From Halocafeteria seosinensis (lineage: Eukaryota), in assembly GCA_001687465.1 (NCBI GenBank), contig LVLI01000294.1, positions 62,001 through 126,000 on the forward strand: a DNA stretch of 64,000 nucleotides, given 5' to 3'. Position numbers and translations under genes: made by a program. The first letter of the stretch is position 1, and the number at the start of each line of letters is the position of its first letter. Shown here piece after piece: positions 13,125 through 25,805 of the stretch. A model generated the notes under the pieces. The model did no database searches, was not told the DNA's origin, and saw only the letters and a list, made by a program, of their open reading frames with translations.

Positions 13125-14417
13125 TTACGCTACATCGGTATTCATCCATGGCAGGGGCCTGTCAATGTCAACGTTTCCTCCACATAGTACTACTGCTACT
13201 TTTCTAAGCGACATTTCTTTTATACGATTGCTGAGGACTGCAGCGACACCGGTCCCTGAACTTGGTTCGATACACTGCACACATCATGAATTGTGGTCCT
13301 GGACTTTGCTTCGGAAGGTATTTGATATGTGTCTTTTTACTTACGATCTTCATCCGTTGCCAAACTAACCGTGTAGCAGAAATAATGTCTTCCTCACTAA
13401 CCAAGACAATATCATCCACTGAGTCGCGAACGATCGGCCACGTATTGGAACCTAATATGGTCTTCAAGCCATCGGCTACAGTTTGCGGTGGTGTTTCATG
13501 GTCCATTATCCTATTATGGATTTTCGACCTATATGCGTCATCTGCATTCGCCGGTTCTGCGCCAATAATCTGAATGCTTGGATACCTCGCTTTTACAGCA
13601 GTCGCAATTCCTGAAATCAAACCACCCCCACCTATGGGTACAATGATTGCATCTAACGGGGCTCCCCCATTGGTGGATTCTCCGACTTGCTCTAGAAGTT
13701 CCAGTCCGACAGTTCCTTGACCAGACATTACATGCGGGTCATTGGAGGGATGGACAAAGTACGCACCAGTCTCCGCTTGTACTCTCTTCGCTGTTTCCTG
13801 TAGGGCCTAGTAAGAAAACATGAATGCATATGCCACGGACTAGAGTTATCACGGACGTCCCCGACGTACCACTCTTGAAGCATCTGTCGGTTCACAAAAC
13901 GTAATTTGAGCTCCATAACCTCGTACGGCGTCGATTTTCACCTGTGGAGCTGTCCGTGGCATGCAAATGTACGCCGGGACGTTCCGTGCTCTGGCCGCCC
14001 TCGCCACCGCTTGCCCATGATTTCCACTGTGTTGAGCGATACCTCTACATATACAACGGTCGTGCGTCATATCATAAGATAGCTACTGCATACCTTGAGT
14101 GCGTGACCACTCCCTTATCTTTCACATCTGATGGAAGCTTCATTATCGCATTGGTAGCCCCTCGAATCTGCAGAAAACAAGTACGTGGTTCCGATCTCTC
14201 ATTCCCACTTCCTCCAGCATGACGCCACAATGTATTGTACCTTAAAGCTGCCGGTCTTCTGAAGTGCTTCTACTTTGAAAAACACCTGCGTTCCTTCAGC
14301 GAATTCATTCATGGACTCAGAAGTCAGCAGAGGGGTTTTATGAATGACAGACTGTATCGTCCGATGCGCATCTTCGACACTATCTAATGATATGGCGTAC
14401 TCTGTAGAATCCCCCAT
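13125..14417 (-). CDS. SRR: serine racemase / serine-threonine dehydratase (PLP fold II)
   Basis: Spliced FFKVEALQKTGSFK/IRGATNA, VVTHSS/GNHGQA, PIGGGGLISG, VADGL, VVLCGGNVD; TAA at 13125-13127. Confidence 0.9.
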
Positions 14418-14482
14418 GCCGGAACGTAAGGACTATTTACCAATGTTAACTCTCAACAAAATGAAGTGCGCGAATCGATTGT

Positions 14483-16054
14483 CTATTTTTCATCTACAGA
14501 TTCATTCATTTCTTCTGGAAACGTCAACAATCCTGTCGCACTATCATACTGTAGCAAAGCGGTTTCGACAAGCAGGTCGCGGCTCGCTTCGCTAACTGCA
14601 CTTGAAGATTTAAGTTCTTGAAGAGCATCGCTCCAAGACAACTCTCCGTCATTTTTCTCTACAAGAGTCCATAACCAAGCACAAGTACTTGCAAGAGAAC
14701 CAGGGGAGTTAGAAACTAAGTGGGACTCGTTTTGGGTGGCATGAGTAATAGTGGCTCCAATGAGACGACGGACCATGCTAGCGGCATTCGTTTTTAGTGA
14801 AAGTTCTTTCTGAAGCTGCTGCTTGGCATCAGCCGATTCCTGTTGTAACTCCTCAATCTCCTCGGCATGTTGGTCCCATAGCTGCTGTTTTACCGATTGT
14901 TTTCGGCTTCTTTCGATGATGTCTTGGTGATGACCAATTTCTGTCCGGAGCCGGGAATTCTCCAATTGAACTGCAAATGATACGCCATTGTTAGGTGCAT
15001 AATTGCGAAATAAAACCACACATTTGTACTTACGCTGTCTAACCTTGAGTGCTTCTAGTGCTTCATTGTCTGCCTCGGATATATTCTCCACGTCGGAAAT
15101 GTCTCGTTCGGGGTCGTCCTCCGCTCCACGTTTGCTCCCCACAGCAACAGCGTCGTCCTCCTGGTCCCTGTTAAGCTCAGTTCGAAGTTCTTCAATCTCT
15201 CTCTCAAGCGACTGAATTTGTTTTATGGTCTTTCGGGATTCATTGTTGATTAGCTCCAAGTTATCTTTGAGACAATCTGCCTCCTCTCTGGTGGACTTCA
15301 GCAGCTGCAACGTATTAAATGCTCTTGAGTCTGCCCTGCTATGCAGCTGCTCTTCTTCTCGTCGAAGTCTTCCTAGTTTCGAACTCAATTCTGAGCATAC
15401 ACCATTTAATTGGTTGACTCTACTCTCAAAATCTTCTTTCTCACGTTTCAATTGACATATGGTGCTATGATACTTGTTCCTGACTTCCTCTACTTTCTCT
15501 GTCACTTCCTCCTTAAGCTGCGAGACCGGAATCTCAATAAAACAGCCTTCTTCTGAACACCACCCGGCGTAATTACCTACATTGGACGACAGTCTTCTCC
15601 TTTCCTTTTCGCGCTCGTCCCTGATTTGTTGCAAAGCAGTAAGTAGTCCCTGAGCTGCACGCGCGTGGACAACAGGTAAGAGGGGGCTCACCTTCTCACC
15701 ACCGGCAACCGATGAGACGTACCATATTCAATAAGCTCTCCAGATTCTCCTTCATAATGAGCGCGTTCTCGATTCCATTCCTGCTTGAACTCTGTTGCCG
15801 GTACCACTTTGTATTTCTGAACTCAAATGTGAAACTGGAGGCGTACAAGTTGAGCCCAGAAGCGCTTGCTTTATACGTACTTGAGGCAGATTCAGCGAGC
15901 GTGCCCAATCCGAGGACAACGAGGAGTTATGAAGGTCATCAACTGTTTTCTCGATCTTATGGGAGTTGTCAAAGAGACTATTAATGGACGGTATATCGAG
16001 TCCCTCGCTCACCTCTAACGCCCTGAAGGGGTAGTTCTTGCTCCCCGATTCCAT
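14483..16054 (-). CDS. hypothetical coiled-coil protein (multi-exon)
   Basis: ATG 16054 (MESGSKNYPF); long heptad-rich ORF 14483-15691; no family recognised. Confidence 0.6.
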
Positions 16055-17067
16055 CGTTTTCTCACACAGATATTACGCGATACGGTCTTAGAGGTGGAAG
16101 TAGCAAAGTCGAACAGTCAAAACAACCAAATTTCGGAAATTGTATCATTAAATCTACTGTAACTGGTGGGCTTAACGGTCTTCACACTCAAGTTCACAGA
16201 TCTGAGATCCCCGGATACCGAGCTAGGGAATCCAGACTCTCAATTCACCGCTTGTGGTTGAAATAGCAAAGTACTGGGGTACCTCTGTTTAAGTATTCCT
16301 ATACACTAGTTACTTTCGAAATCCACCAGTAGGAAACGACCCAGGATGATCGAATGTGCCAGATAGTTAAGGTTGCTGTTTTGTGTTAACCATTTGTGTC
16401 GCTGACATGCGAAACCGGAACCTGAACTGGTGCGCTCAAAATGTACTTCAAACACCTTACATGACGAAAGAACGTTCTTCGAGGAACTATATAGCCATCG
16501 AAAGACGTAGAACTACATTACTATCTTGTTAACAGCTGCAGCAACAAAACCTGTGACCAAGATCTTCCTGCTTAAATACCCGGTGGTACCGGATACCTAA
16601 TGCTTGCCATGACACCGTTCTCTTTGGAAAAAGGGACAAATACTTTGTGTCGAGTAACTCCCCCTCTGCCGATGATCTACGAACAGCATGCTTGCACCAA
16701 GTATTTTGAATCATACGCCTCACCACATTAAAGAAGTCAGCATTATGCCATTTGACTTACGGCGACTTCAGCGGTGTAGCATACTAGGTAACTTATCCCA
16801 ACAGCTTCATGATAAGGGAGTACTCTGATATATACATATATGCGCCAGATGGACGCCGAAGGCTCCAGTCGCAATGTGGATAGTCTGTTTCAAGGATTTC
16901 GCCACGATAGGCTCCAGGCGAATTTGGCCATGAGTAGGTCGACAGTGGTCATAATGGGGTCGTACAACAGCTGCACAATTCGGTACATCACTTCATGGTA
17001 ACCAGCGGCAAGGTTTGTCACGTAGTTTCGGGTCCAAGAAATAAAGTTCCGTTACCACAATTAAGAC

Positions 17068-18669
17068 TCAAACGACGGTTACGCCATTTTTTCCCTTGGC
17101 TTTGGAAGGTTGGGGGCCCTTTGCTTTGGATGATCTGCTGCCCTCCACTGTCTTGGATTGCGCATCTCCTTTAGACACAGCGGTTGCGTTGGAACGGGAA
17201 TCCTCCTTCCGGGAGTTCTTGTGACCAGTAGATTCGGGACGTTGTCCAGGTGGCTTCTTATCGGAACTTCCTCCACCACCACCACTCCCCGGGCCTGTTT
17301 CCGTCTGTGATTTGGCCACGGCCTTGTGAGCGCCGTTTTTCACACTTACGCGTTGATTGTTATGAGGGTTGTCCTTCGCGGATTCCGGTTTCGCAGAAGA
17401 CTTCTTGATCCGACGTGGCTTTCCCGTTTTCGATTGTTCCGGAGCTGGTGGTGCCTTTGCAGGCTTCTTGCTTAATTTTTCGTCGTGTTTCTTCTCGGCT
17501 TTCACTTGCAAGTATTCGAGGAGAGCAGGAAGCGACTTCTGACTCGCTTCAGTAGTAGGTTCCCCTTCGCTGTTGCCAGCAGCAAGCTCCTCTTGCCTGG
17601 TTGTGGCAGAAACTCGTTTACCGATCATTTCCGATTTCTGGCCTTTTTCCTGCCAATGCTTCATGAACTCGCTGTAGAGGTCACATTTCTCCACTGCGCC
17701 CTCCAGAGCATCCTTTCGAGGACGGCGACCTCCTGCTCTTTCCGTCTGTCCCAAATGTAGAGGATCGCCCTGCCGAGGCACGCGTTGGTTTAACGCCCAT
17801 CGGACACGGGTTTCACAGGTCACGTTCTTGCCTTTTCGCGCATTTTGCGACAAGTTCTCAACGTCCACGACGCTGGTACCTTCCGGCCCGCCAGGTTCTG
17901 TACCCGCGGTCGATTGTTCCGCGTCTTCAGCTTGTTTGTTACAGACGGTAGATTCCTTGTTTGTATCTTCGGTCTCTTTCACTTGCTCGGAGTAGAGTTC
18001 GTTTACGCACATAGAAACTAAATCTTCAGAAATGAGGACACCCTCAAGCATCCGCACCACCTCATCAGCATAACAGGTACGGCACTCTAGATAGGCTTTA
18101 GTATAGACGTATTCTCCATCACGACTGAAGAAGATAATAAATGTTAGAATTGGCATCCCAAAATCAAGGTCGCTGATCATAATATACCTACCGAATTTTA
18201 CCGGGAGTTAAGTACAGGAGGTTCAAGTTCCATGTAGACGGTATTCCAGATTCTTCCTTCAGCTTCTCTCGCAACACTCGGTTTACCTCACCAAGATTGC
18301 GGGTGGTAGTCGTTTCCTTAGTATGAGAGTCTGAAGCTGGGTAATGAACAGCAATACAGTGCCGTTTCTTGCGTTAATCTGCTCCACTAGAGACTTACCA
18401 TCTGTTGTCGAGACGGCGTTGGTGCTCTCCGTCGAAGATTGGGCTGCTGTAGTTGTAGTAGCGGCGTCTGTTGTCGTGTCAGTCAATCCAGAAAGATTGG
18501 GTGTTTCTAAGGCCGCCTTTGCGTATGCTCCTGTTTCTGTGGCCGCCGGTGGTTTGTCTCCATTCAGTGCTCGAACCACTGCCAACGCAGCTACTTGAGG
18601 CGTTTCAATGTTTCGAGGGAGTCCACCGAGCAATAGTTTGGACTTGGACGAGGCAGCAGCATATATCAT
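17068..18669 (-). CDS. UPF3: nonsense-mediated decay factor UPF3 (Smg-4/UPF3 RRM-like domain); start uncertain
   Basis: LILRKRLPPAIL...YTKAYLE...VRWALNQRVPR...KDALEGAVEKCDLYSEFMK...LLEYL matches the UPF3 pattern (RRLPP...SRAY...EFAPxQKVP...D...GTIE.D..Y..F...TPLL.Y); Lys-rich tail. Confidence 0.7.
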
Positions 18670-20049
18670 CTTCTCTTATCATGTTCCTCTCGCCAAGGGA
18701 GAAAGTACCTGCATTGAAAATACAATGTGCGCACTCAATCATTGGCAAAATAGGTGCAGACTTCCCCAAAGCCAGAACAAATTCTACCTAAGGCGCTGCT
18801 CATTTTCACTTTCCCCATACACACTTGAACGACATACTTACATGAACGAGGATCAAAAGGCAAGGTAGCACAATCGCGGAAGGGTAAACCTTGTACTAGG
18901 AGCAAGCTGCGCACAGCAACTCGGTTTTTTCCGGGGGAGCCGGGACCAGCTCCCGGCATCCTCCGGGAAGAGCTTGAACCGCAACACAACGTTGCGAGAC
19001 AGGGGAACAGTTTAATCATCGCGTTGGTTGGATTTGACTGACTTTGCCGCATTCCTACTGTATGAATCTGCTTGTATAGTGTTTCATTTCACGCTGGGGC
19101 TGAAATAGTACACCAGAGGTAGCTGCTGGTGGAAATCGCAGAGCAGCTTCGTCGTGGAGCGCGCATTTCTCAAGAACTGTGATTGAAGGCGCTCGGCTTC
19201 CTCTATCCGGATACATTGTGTAAGTCCTCGTTCTACACGTCATTTTGAATAAATTGTCGAACGAATTGCATCCGGAAAACGAAAAAGTGGTAGTGAATAG
19301 GAAGTATCAAAGCCCGGTTGCCCGTTAGAAGATATCAGGGGGTCGCTCGCTACTCCAATTTTGCCTGCGATGACATCTTTCAACGAGGACAACCGTGCCG
19401 CTTCCAACTGATAAAGGAAGAAATGTGGGATTGCTGTGCGTGGGGACTGTGTTCCTGTACGGGTAGCGTTTGTCTAGGTTGCCATCGGAGGATGTGAATG
19501 TGTGGGGGTGGTGGGCGTCCTTGCCCCTTGAGAAAACTACAAAAAGGTATCCAGCAAAGATGTGTGATGTGGTGGAATCGTACGGACAAGAAGATCGACG
19601 GCTCTATATGAAGGGTACTGTCGATCCTTGGGGAAATGTATCGGCATGTGTATTCTGTGCCCGAGAAGAAAGACGTGGGCGTGGGTTCTATACCTGGGGG
19701 TTATGTTTTTGGCGCGTTAGGGGAGGAAGCGAAGAGCCGCAGTAGCCAGTCCACAAACCCAAGCCCCGTCGCACATTCGCAGGTAGTCAGCATGAGTGTA
19801 CAAATCAGTCTTTGTCATTTTTCACGGACAACACACAACTGCACTCTTTTCTCTTTGGTTTTTTCGTTGCTGGTATATACTTTCTCTAGGGAACCAGACC
19901 TTGTTCTTTTGTTATACATTTACTGACTGGCGTTGTTTTCGTGGGATCGCAGGGACTCCACTTGAAAAGAGAGAGAGAGAGCCGACGAACGCTACTAGAG
20001 TGCTGCAGTACTCGATCTTGTTTGTTTGGTCGAAACACTAGTTGCAAAA

Positions 20050-21195
20050 ATGGCTTCTGCTGCACCAACGCGAAGAAAAGCCAATAAATCGGGTCTCCGC
20101 GGGGCTCGGCGCCGGTTGTCAGTAGTGTCCGACAACAAGCTGATTGAAGGTGTTGCTACGTTGGGGCATCAAGATGAAGACAGAACAATCGAAACTAGTT
20201 CCGAAACTGTGGTCAAATCATATGCCGGGAAGTCCAAGAAAGGATACGCACCGTACAATCCTCGAAAGCGGAATCAGGATTCGCTTATGATGGAGTTTGA
20301 CTCTGCCACTAACAGTGTACTTTTCGGTGTACTTGACGGACATGGCGAAGCGGGTGATCTTGTTTCCCAGTATTTTACCAACAGATTACCGAAACGATTA
20401 TTTGCCCATTCGAAGTGGAAATCAGATCCATTGAAGGCGATGGCGAGCGAGCTTGAAAAGCTAGAAAAGGAGATACTTAAAGGTGCGTACATATCGGGGA
20501 GAAACGCCAACATTCTCTGGCCACATTCACTTGTAGATGGGTGTCCTGTGTCGGTGCAGATGCATCTGTGGATACGGACTTTAGTGGTACCACATACGTT
20601 GCGTGTGTCATTCGGAAGAACAAGGTATACGTTGGCAACATTGGTGACTCACGTATGATTTTAGGCAAGAAGAAATCCGACAGCAAGTATGAGCCAGTAG
20701 ATGTGACAGACGACCATAAACCGGACAGACCGGATGAACAGAAACGTATCGAGCAACGTGGAGGAAGAGTATTCGCTATAGAGTACGAAGATGGAGTCGA
20801 CGGACCCCCGCGAGTTTGGCTAGGCCATATGGACATTCCAGGACTTGCCATGTCTCGTTCTTTGGGGGATACTGTGGCACACACAGCAGGAGTAATCTCT
20901 GATCCAGAATGTCACATAATCGATTTGGCGAAGGATCATAAGGTTCGTCCTTCCTTTTTTCAGATATTATTATGCAAGCATATTGAACAAGAGGAGTATG
21001 CATGTGATACAGGTTATGGTACTGGGCAGCGATGGGCTCTTCGAGTTCATGTCAAATCAAGAAGTGCTTGATGTTATTGCCCGCGTGAAAGATCCAAAGA
21101 AATGTGTAGATGCGTTGATTGAAGAATCGGGACAGCGATGGATGCGTGAAGAGCAGGTAATTGATGATACCACTATCATTATTGCGTTCTTGTAA
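20050..21195 (+). CDS. PP2C/PPM Ser/Thr phosphatase (3 exons)
   Basis: NQDS, FGVLDGHG, SGTT, NIGDSR, DHKP, PGLAMSRSLGD, LGSDGLFE, DDTT motifs. Confidence 0.95.
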
Positions 21196-21302
21196 CGCAC
21201 GTTCGACTGCCGGTTCCTTGTCTCGGATCCAGGCAGGGAAGCCTGATAGAAAAGGAAAACAGAAATATTACCTGCCTTATCTCGTGACGCCAATTGGTGT
21301 GT

Positions 21303-23585
21303 TCATTTTTTATCATTACCATACCCTGAAACTCTCCTGTTTCTCGGCCTTCTGGTTCCCGAGTTTGCCATCTTCTCCGCCATTGCCCGTTGACGCCGCG
21401 TGGATTCGGCAACACGCTTATCGTTTTGTCCATATGTTGCGGTATACGCATCCGCCGCTTCACCAAAATATCTTCCAGCCTTAAGATAATCACCTGTCTT
21501 TCTGTATAAACATCCCATTTGATATAACGTATCAGCAGTCTCCGCCTGTCCATTTCCCAATTTCTCTCTGAAAATCTGTAGCGCCTCCGAGTAAGACCTT
21601 GCTGCATCGTCGAATTTGCCTTGCCTCTTGGCTAATCCAGCGAGGTTGTACAAGGCTGTGGCAGTGGACACATCTTTCGCTCCTACACCCTCTCGGAGGG
21701 AGTCCACAGCTCGGGAGGCGTATTTTTCAGCATCAGCTAATTTATCCTGCTCGCGCAATACAGCGGCAAGATCGGTCAACGCGCAGGCCGTATTTGGATG
21801 ACCTTCTCCTTGAAGCTCGCTACATAGTTTTACCGCTTTCAAATACTGGACTTCGGCTTGATCGAACTTTTCCTGTAAAGCCAGTACGCGGCCCAAATCT
21901 CGACACACCGATGCAACTAGTATGCTATTTTGGCCATGATGCTCCGCCCTCACGTCATATACGACTTGATACTGCTGTTCAGCATCTGCGTACCGACCAT
22001 TGCGCTCCAGAGATTGTGCTTCACGATAGAATGGCATCCACTCATGCTCATGAGGATCAGAGTTCGGGGAAGTGTGCTGATCTGTTTTGCGCTGTTCGGC
22101 AGTGAGGGGGGTATTCAATTTTTGGTCATCAGGTTCCTTCTTCGCAGAACGTGGTTGCTCCGCGAAACCATTCTTGGAAGTAAACGACGATTTCTCCACA
22201 GCTCTCTTCGCTTCTTCTGCAGCTTCAAGCTCTGTTTTTAGTCGCGAAACCTCTGCCTGCAGATACTTAATCTTCTCTTCATGCATTCCCGCTGTCCGCT
22301 GGGCGGCCTGCAATTGTGATCTCACAGCAACTAACTCCTCATTCTGAGGAGCTCGATTCCCTGAAGAAGCTGCAGCTCGAGCCATTGCAACAGCTGATTG
22401 ATTACTAGCATCTAAATCGTCTTTCAGCTCTTTAATCTGTCTCTCGGCATTGGAAAGCTGTTCCGATAAGTCCTCATTTTGCTGTTTATATCTTCTTGAT
22501 TCTTCCCTGCTCCTATGCAGTTCAGAACGCAAACGCTGTAATTGGGCATTCTCGTCGTTCGGGTCTATGTCCAGTTGACCAGCTTCTTCCTGAAGCGCCT
22601 CATTAGAAGTCTTCAACTGGTCACGCTCTTCTTTAAGTGCTTGGATTGCTTCTATCATTTCATTGCCACTGGGCTTGCGTTGATGTTGAGTAGCATTTTC
22701 AGCAGACTTAGATTCTTCGTCTTCTTGTAAATTCAAAACCTTGCTGGCTCGTTCGAGGAAACGTACTGCTGCCATCGATCGCTGCTATAGCACAGTTAAG
22801 AATGCAAGAGGGTGTATATTGAAGCATATTCAAACAACAGCTGCAGCAACAACGTACCGAGTAAACTTGACCATAGGGAGCTGCGCGGATGTGTCTCATC
22901 CACTGCAGACAAACCAGTACGTAAGGGACCATAACGATTCACTTTCGGGAAGTGGCAAGTACGTACTTCCTGTTTCTCTGCCTCTGTTTCTGCAGCAAAT
23001 ATGCCTTCGAAATTGTCTGTTTTTACCGTAAAGCAAAATTCATGCTTTTTCCGCGGATCAACTCCCTGTAAGTGTTAATTCCGCGAAACAAGTTAGGATT
23101 CCAAAACAAAACTGGCGTTCGCGTCTGCAGGGTACACTTACCTCGGTGTGGACGCTCTCGATCCAAATCGCCTTGTGAGGCTTATCATCCTGAAGCGAAG
23201 AAACGAAACCAGGTAAAATTGTGTGAGAAGAACCCTTGTACTTAGTGCGGCAGTCGTCACCATGTCGCCAGCGTGGGAGAAAACCTCTTCCCCTACATTT
23301 CCCCCTACAAAATCTCTTTTGTCGTTTGCTACATACTTGGGGAACCGTTAGCACGATCAACATTCAATAGCGTAACACACAACAGCCTACAGCCTTTATA
23401 GGAGGAAACATAAGGACATCACGTACCGATGTATCAGTGTATAAAAATAAAAAGTTGCATGCCACTACGCAATAGCGCTTTCGGAAAGAATGAGGGAACG
23501 ACCCGCTGCGTTTGTGCAACCATCCTTGATGCCGTATGTTTGGCAGGTCGTCGTACGGCCGCGCCAGATCCTTCGGATAACTCAT
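21303..23585 (-). CDS. PH domain + coiled coil + kinesin-light-chain-type TPR repeat protein
   Basis: 5' exons HQGWLHKRSG...FRKRYCVV..NFLFLY, KPHKAIWIE, FAAETEAEKQE/WMRHI (PH); then heptads and 42-aa-type TPRs (HPNTACALTDLAAVLREQDK, ATALYNLAGLAKRQGKFDDA). Confidence 0.8.
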
Positions 23586-24027
23586 TACTTTGTTTCTAGG
23601 GCAATCTTGTTCAGCTGATGTCCACCTCGAATGCGCTTTGCCTCGTGGGATGCCAGTTTCTGCGCCCGCCGGGTGCGCCTTCCTATTTCAAATCCTTGCA
23701 CAGACACTAGCAAATGGAAGGATGCCAAAAATGGGTGATGACGAAGAGATGATATCATTAGAAGGGTTATGTTGCCGACAAGAACACGAGAGGATGTACT
23801 GACGATATTCAGCCACCACTTCTGAGAGTGACTTCTCCTGGCTTCAACGACCTACCTTTGTGAAGGTCACTGAAGGATAAGTTACCCTGGATAACACGCG
23901 CATGAGTCATCGCTCGCGCAAGTGCGATAGTGCCTGAGCTTGTTCTTGCGCAGATGTATCAGATACTCTCCTATCTACAAATGATTATAACATCGAAAAC
24001 CTCAATTTTCCGCGGTGGTACAAGGAC

Positions 24028-24036
24028 AAAAAAAAA
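24028..24036 (-). terminator. RNA polymerase III oligo-T terminator of tRNA-Gly
   Basis: Nine A on + strand (T9 on - strand), separated by one base from the tRNA 3' end. Confidence 0.85.
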
Positions 24037-24037
24037 G

Positions 24038-24108
24038 TACACCACCGGGGAATTGAACCCCGACCTACTGCTTGGAAGGCAGTCATTCTACCATTGAACT
24101 AGTGGTGT
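24038..24108 (-). tRNA. tRNA-Gly(TCC), 71 nt, no intron
   Basis: Reverse complement ACACCAC TA GTTCAATGGTAGAAT G ACTGC CTTCCAA GCAGT AGGT CGGGG TTCAATT CCCCG GTGGTGT A folds into a full cloverleaf with anticodon TCC. Confidence 0.95.
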
Positions 24109-24295
24109 TTCACTGCTGATACGTGTGTGAAGAGGTCACTATCTATAATACTGCAACCAGCCACGAATCTGCACATGCCTATCGAGATTGGAAAAAGAGA
24201 AACAATGAACTTAAAAAACATATGCCGAACTGAAACAATACACGCGAAGTACCTGTTCTTAGTGGTATATTATAGAATGCTTATCTAGGTAGGCT

Positions 24296-25532
24296 TCACT
24301 TCCTGTTGTTCTTTTTTGCAGCTTCCGCCGCAGCTAAATTTTGCTTCAGCGAGTTACTGATGTCCACACCTGCATCTTCGCTGGAAGCCATACCAATGGC
24401 TGACCAATCCAAATCAGCTCTACCTTTGGCTTGGGCTGAAAGAAAACGATCTCTCAAAACAGAGCCGAAAGGCATGGAAACATTTCGTTTACCAGCAGTA
24501 TCCAAGACCAGTGACAAATCCTTGGCTCCCAACTCCAAGGAAAATCCTCCGGGGACGTGGTCTCGTTCCGAAACTCGTTGCCCATAACCCTTATATATCA
24601 GACAATTAAATATTGTGGAGTTCAGCATCTGCATTACTTGCACTCTATCAAGGCCATTCTGTTCCGCCAACGTCAGCGCTTCACCCATCGACTCAATAGC
24701 GGACCCTATGAGGAAGTTACCACACAGTTTGACTACATTAGCCGCTCCGGCATCCTCACCAAAGTCGTAGAGGTTCAGAGACGTCGTGCCAATCAGCTCC
24801 TTCGCCAACTCTATCCCCTCTCTTTTACCAGAAATCGGGAAGAAAGCCTCCTTCCGTTCAATCCCGTCAGGTCTGGCAAACACCGGAGACGTCACGAAGG
24901 ACCTGTATGATCAGTATATAGTACACTAGTATACTCATCCTTGCATACTAAACCAACGATCTTCTGTTTCATGGACTTACGCCTGTCGTCTGTTGTGTAA
25001 CTCAGCCAGATGCCTGGACGTATCCGGTGATACCGTAGAGCAGCTAATATGAACAGCTCCTGGCCGTAGAGAGGATAAGATCCCTTGTGTGTCTTCTGTC
25101 CCACATTCTTGCATCAGTGCTTTGTCATTCGGGAGCATCGATACCACTCGCTGTGTCTCCTGGGCCACGGCAGCGGAGGATACCTCTGCTCTTGCTCCCT
25201 TGTCAACAAGGGCAGATACAGCCGAATCATTTTCTGTGCATACAAGGCGAGGAGAGAAATTAGAGTGACGAACATCTTCATCTCTTTTTCCTCTTTCGAT
25301 GAGCAGCTTGCTTACGATCGTATACGGTGAGCTCATATCCTGCTTCCAAAAGATTGGCAGCCATTGCAGAGCCCATTTTACCAAGACCAATGAAGCCCAC
25401 CTTTTTGTTAGGCTCATCATTTCCCGGAGCAGTCGACATGCAAACGGTACATAATGTCTTCCGGCCTGCACGAGCACTCCTCAGAAGCTGGCGGCCAACA
25501 GCGAACCCGGAACTGAAGAGATGGCGCTCCAT
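24296..25532 (-). CDS. beta-hydroxyacid dehydrogenase (3-hydroxyisobutyrate/6-phosphogluconate dehydrogenase NAD-binding family) with probable mitochondrial presequence
   Basis: VGFIGLGKMGSAMAANL, HISCSTVSP, SPVFARPDG, VKLCGNF; Arg-rich N-terminus MERHLFSSGFAVGRQLLRSAR. Confidence 0.9.
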
Positions 25533-25805
25533 TGCTGGCAATACAGATGAAGACTCGGCGCGAGTAGACAAGTACAGGACAATCACTACACACACACATA
25601 TATATATACACACACACTACAACTGCAATTAATGTCAATTCTTTCCCGGTGGAAGACTATAAATTGTATAAAACTACATCAGAAGTGAAGTGCCCTAGGT
25701 CCACTGTGCTAACATAGCATCCTGTCAACAAAGCAGTAAAGTCAACTCTCGGGACAAATACACTAGGTCCGAGCAGTTGACGGCAGTGTGCCCGGAAACC
25801 GGGAA

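Noticed and set aside
19470..19745. Trp/Cys-rich 91-aa ORF upstream of PP2C
   Set aside because: No ATG at the called start, G/T-rich composition and no motif; more likely promoter or 5' UTR.
25585..25618. (CA)n(TA)n(CA)n microsatellite upstream of the dehydrogenase
   Set aside because: Short ordinary simple repeat; no evidence of function.
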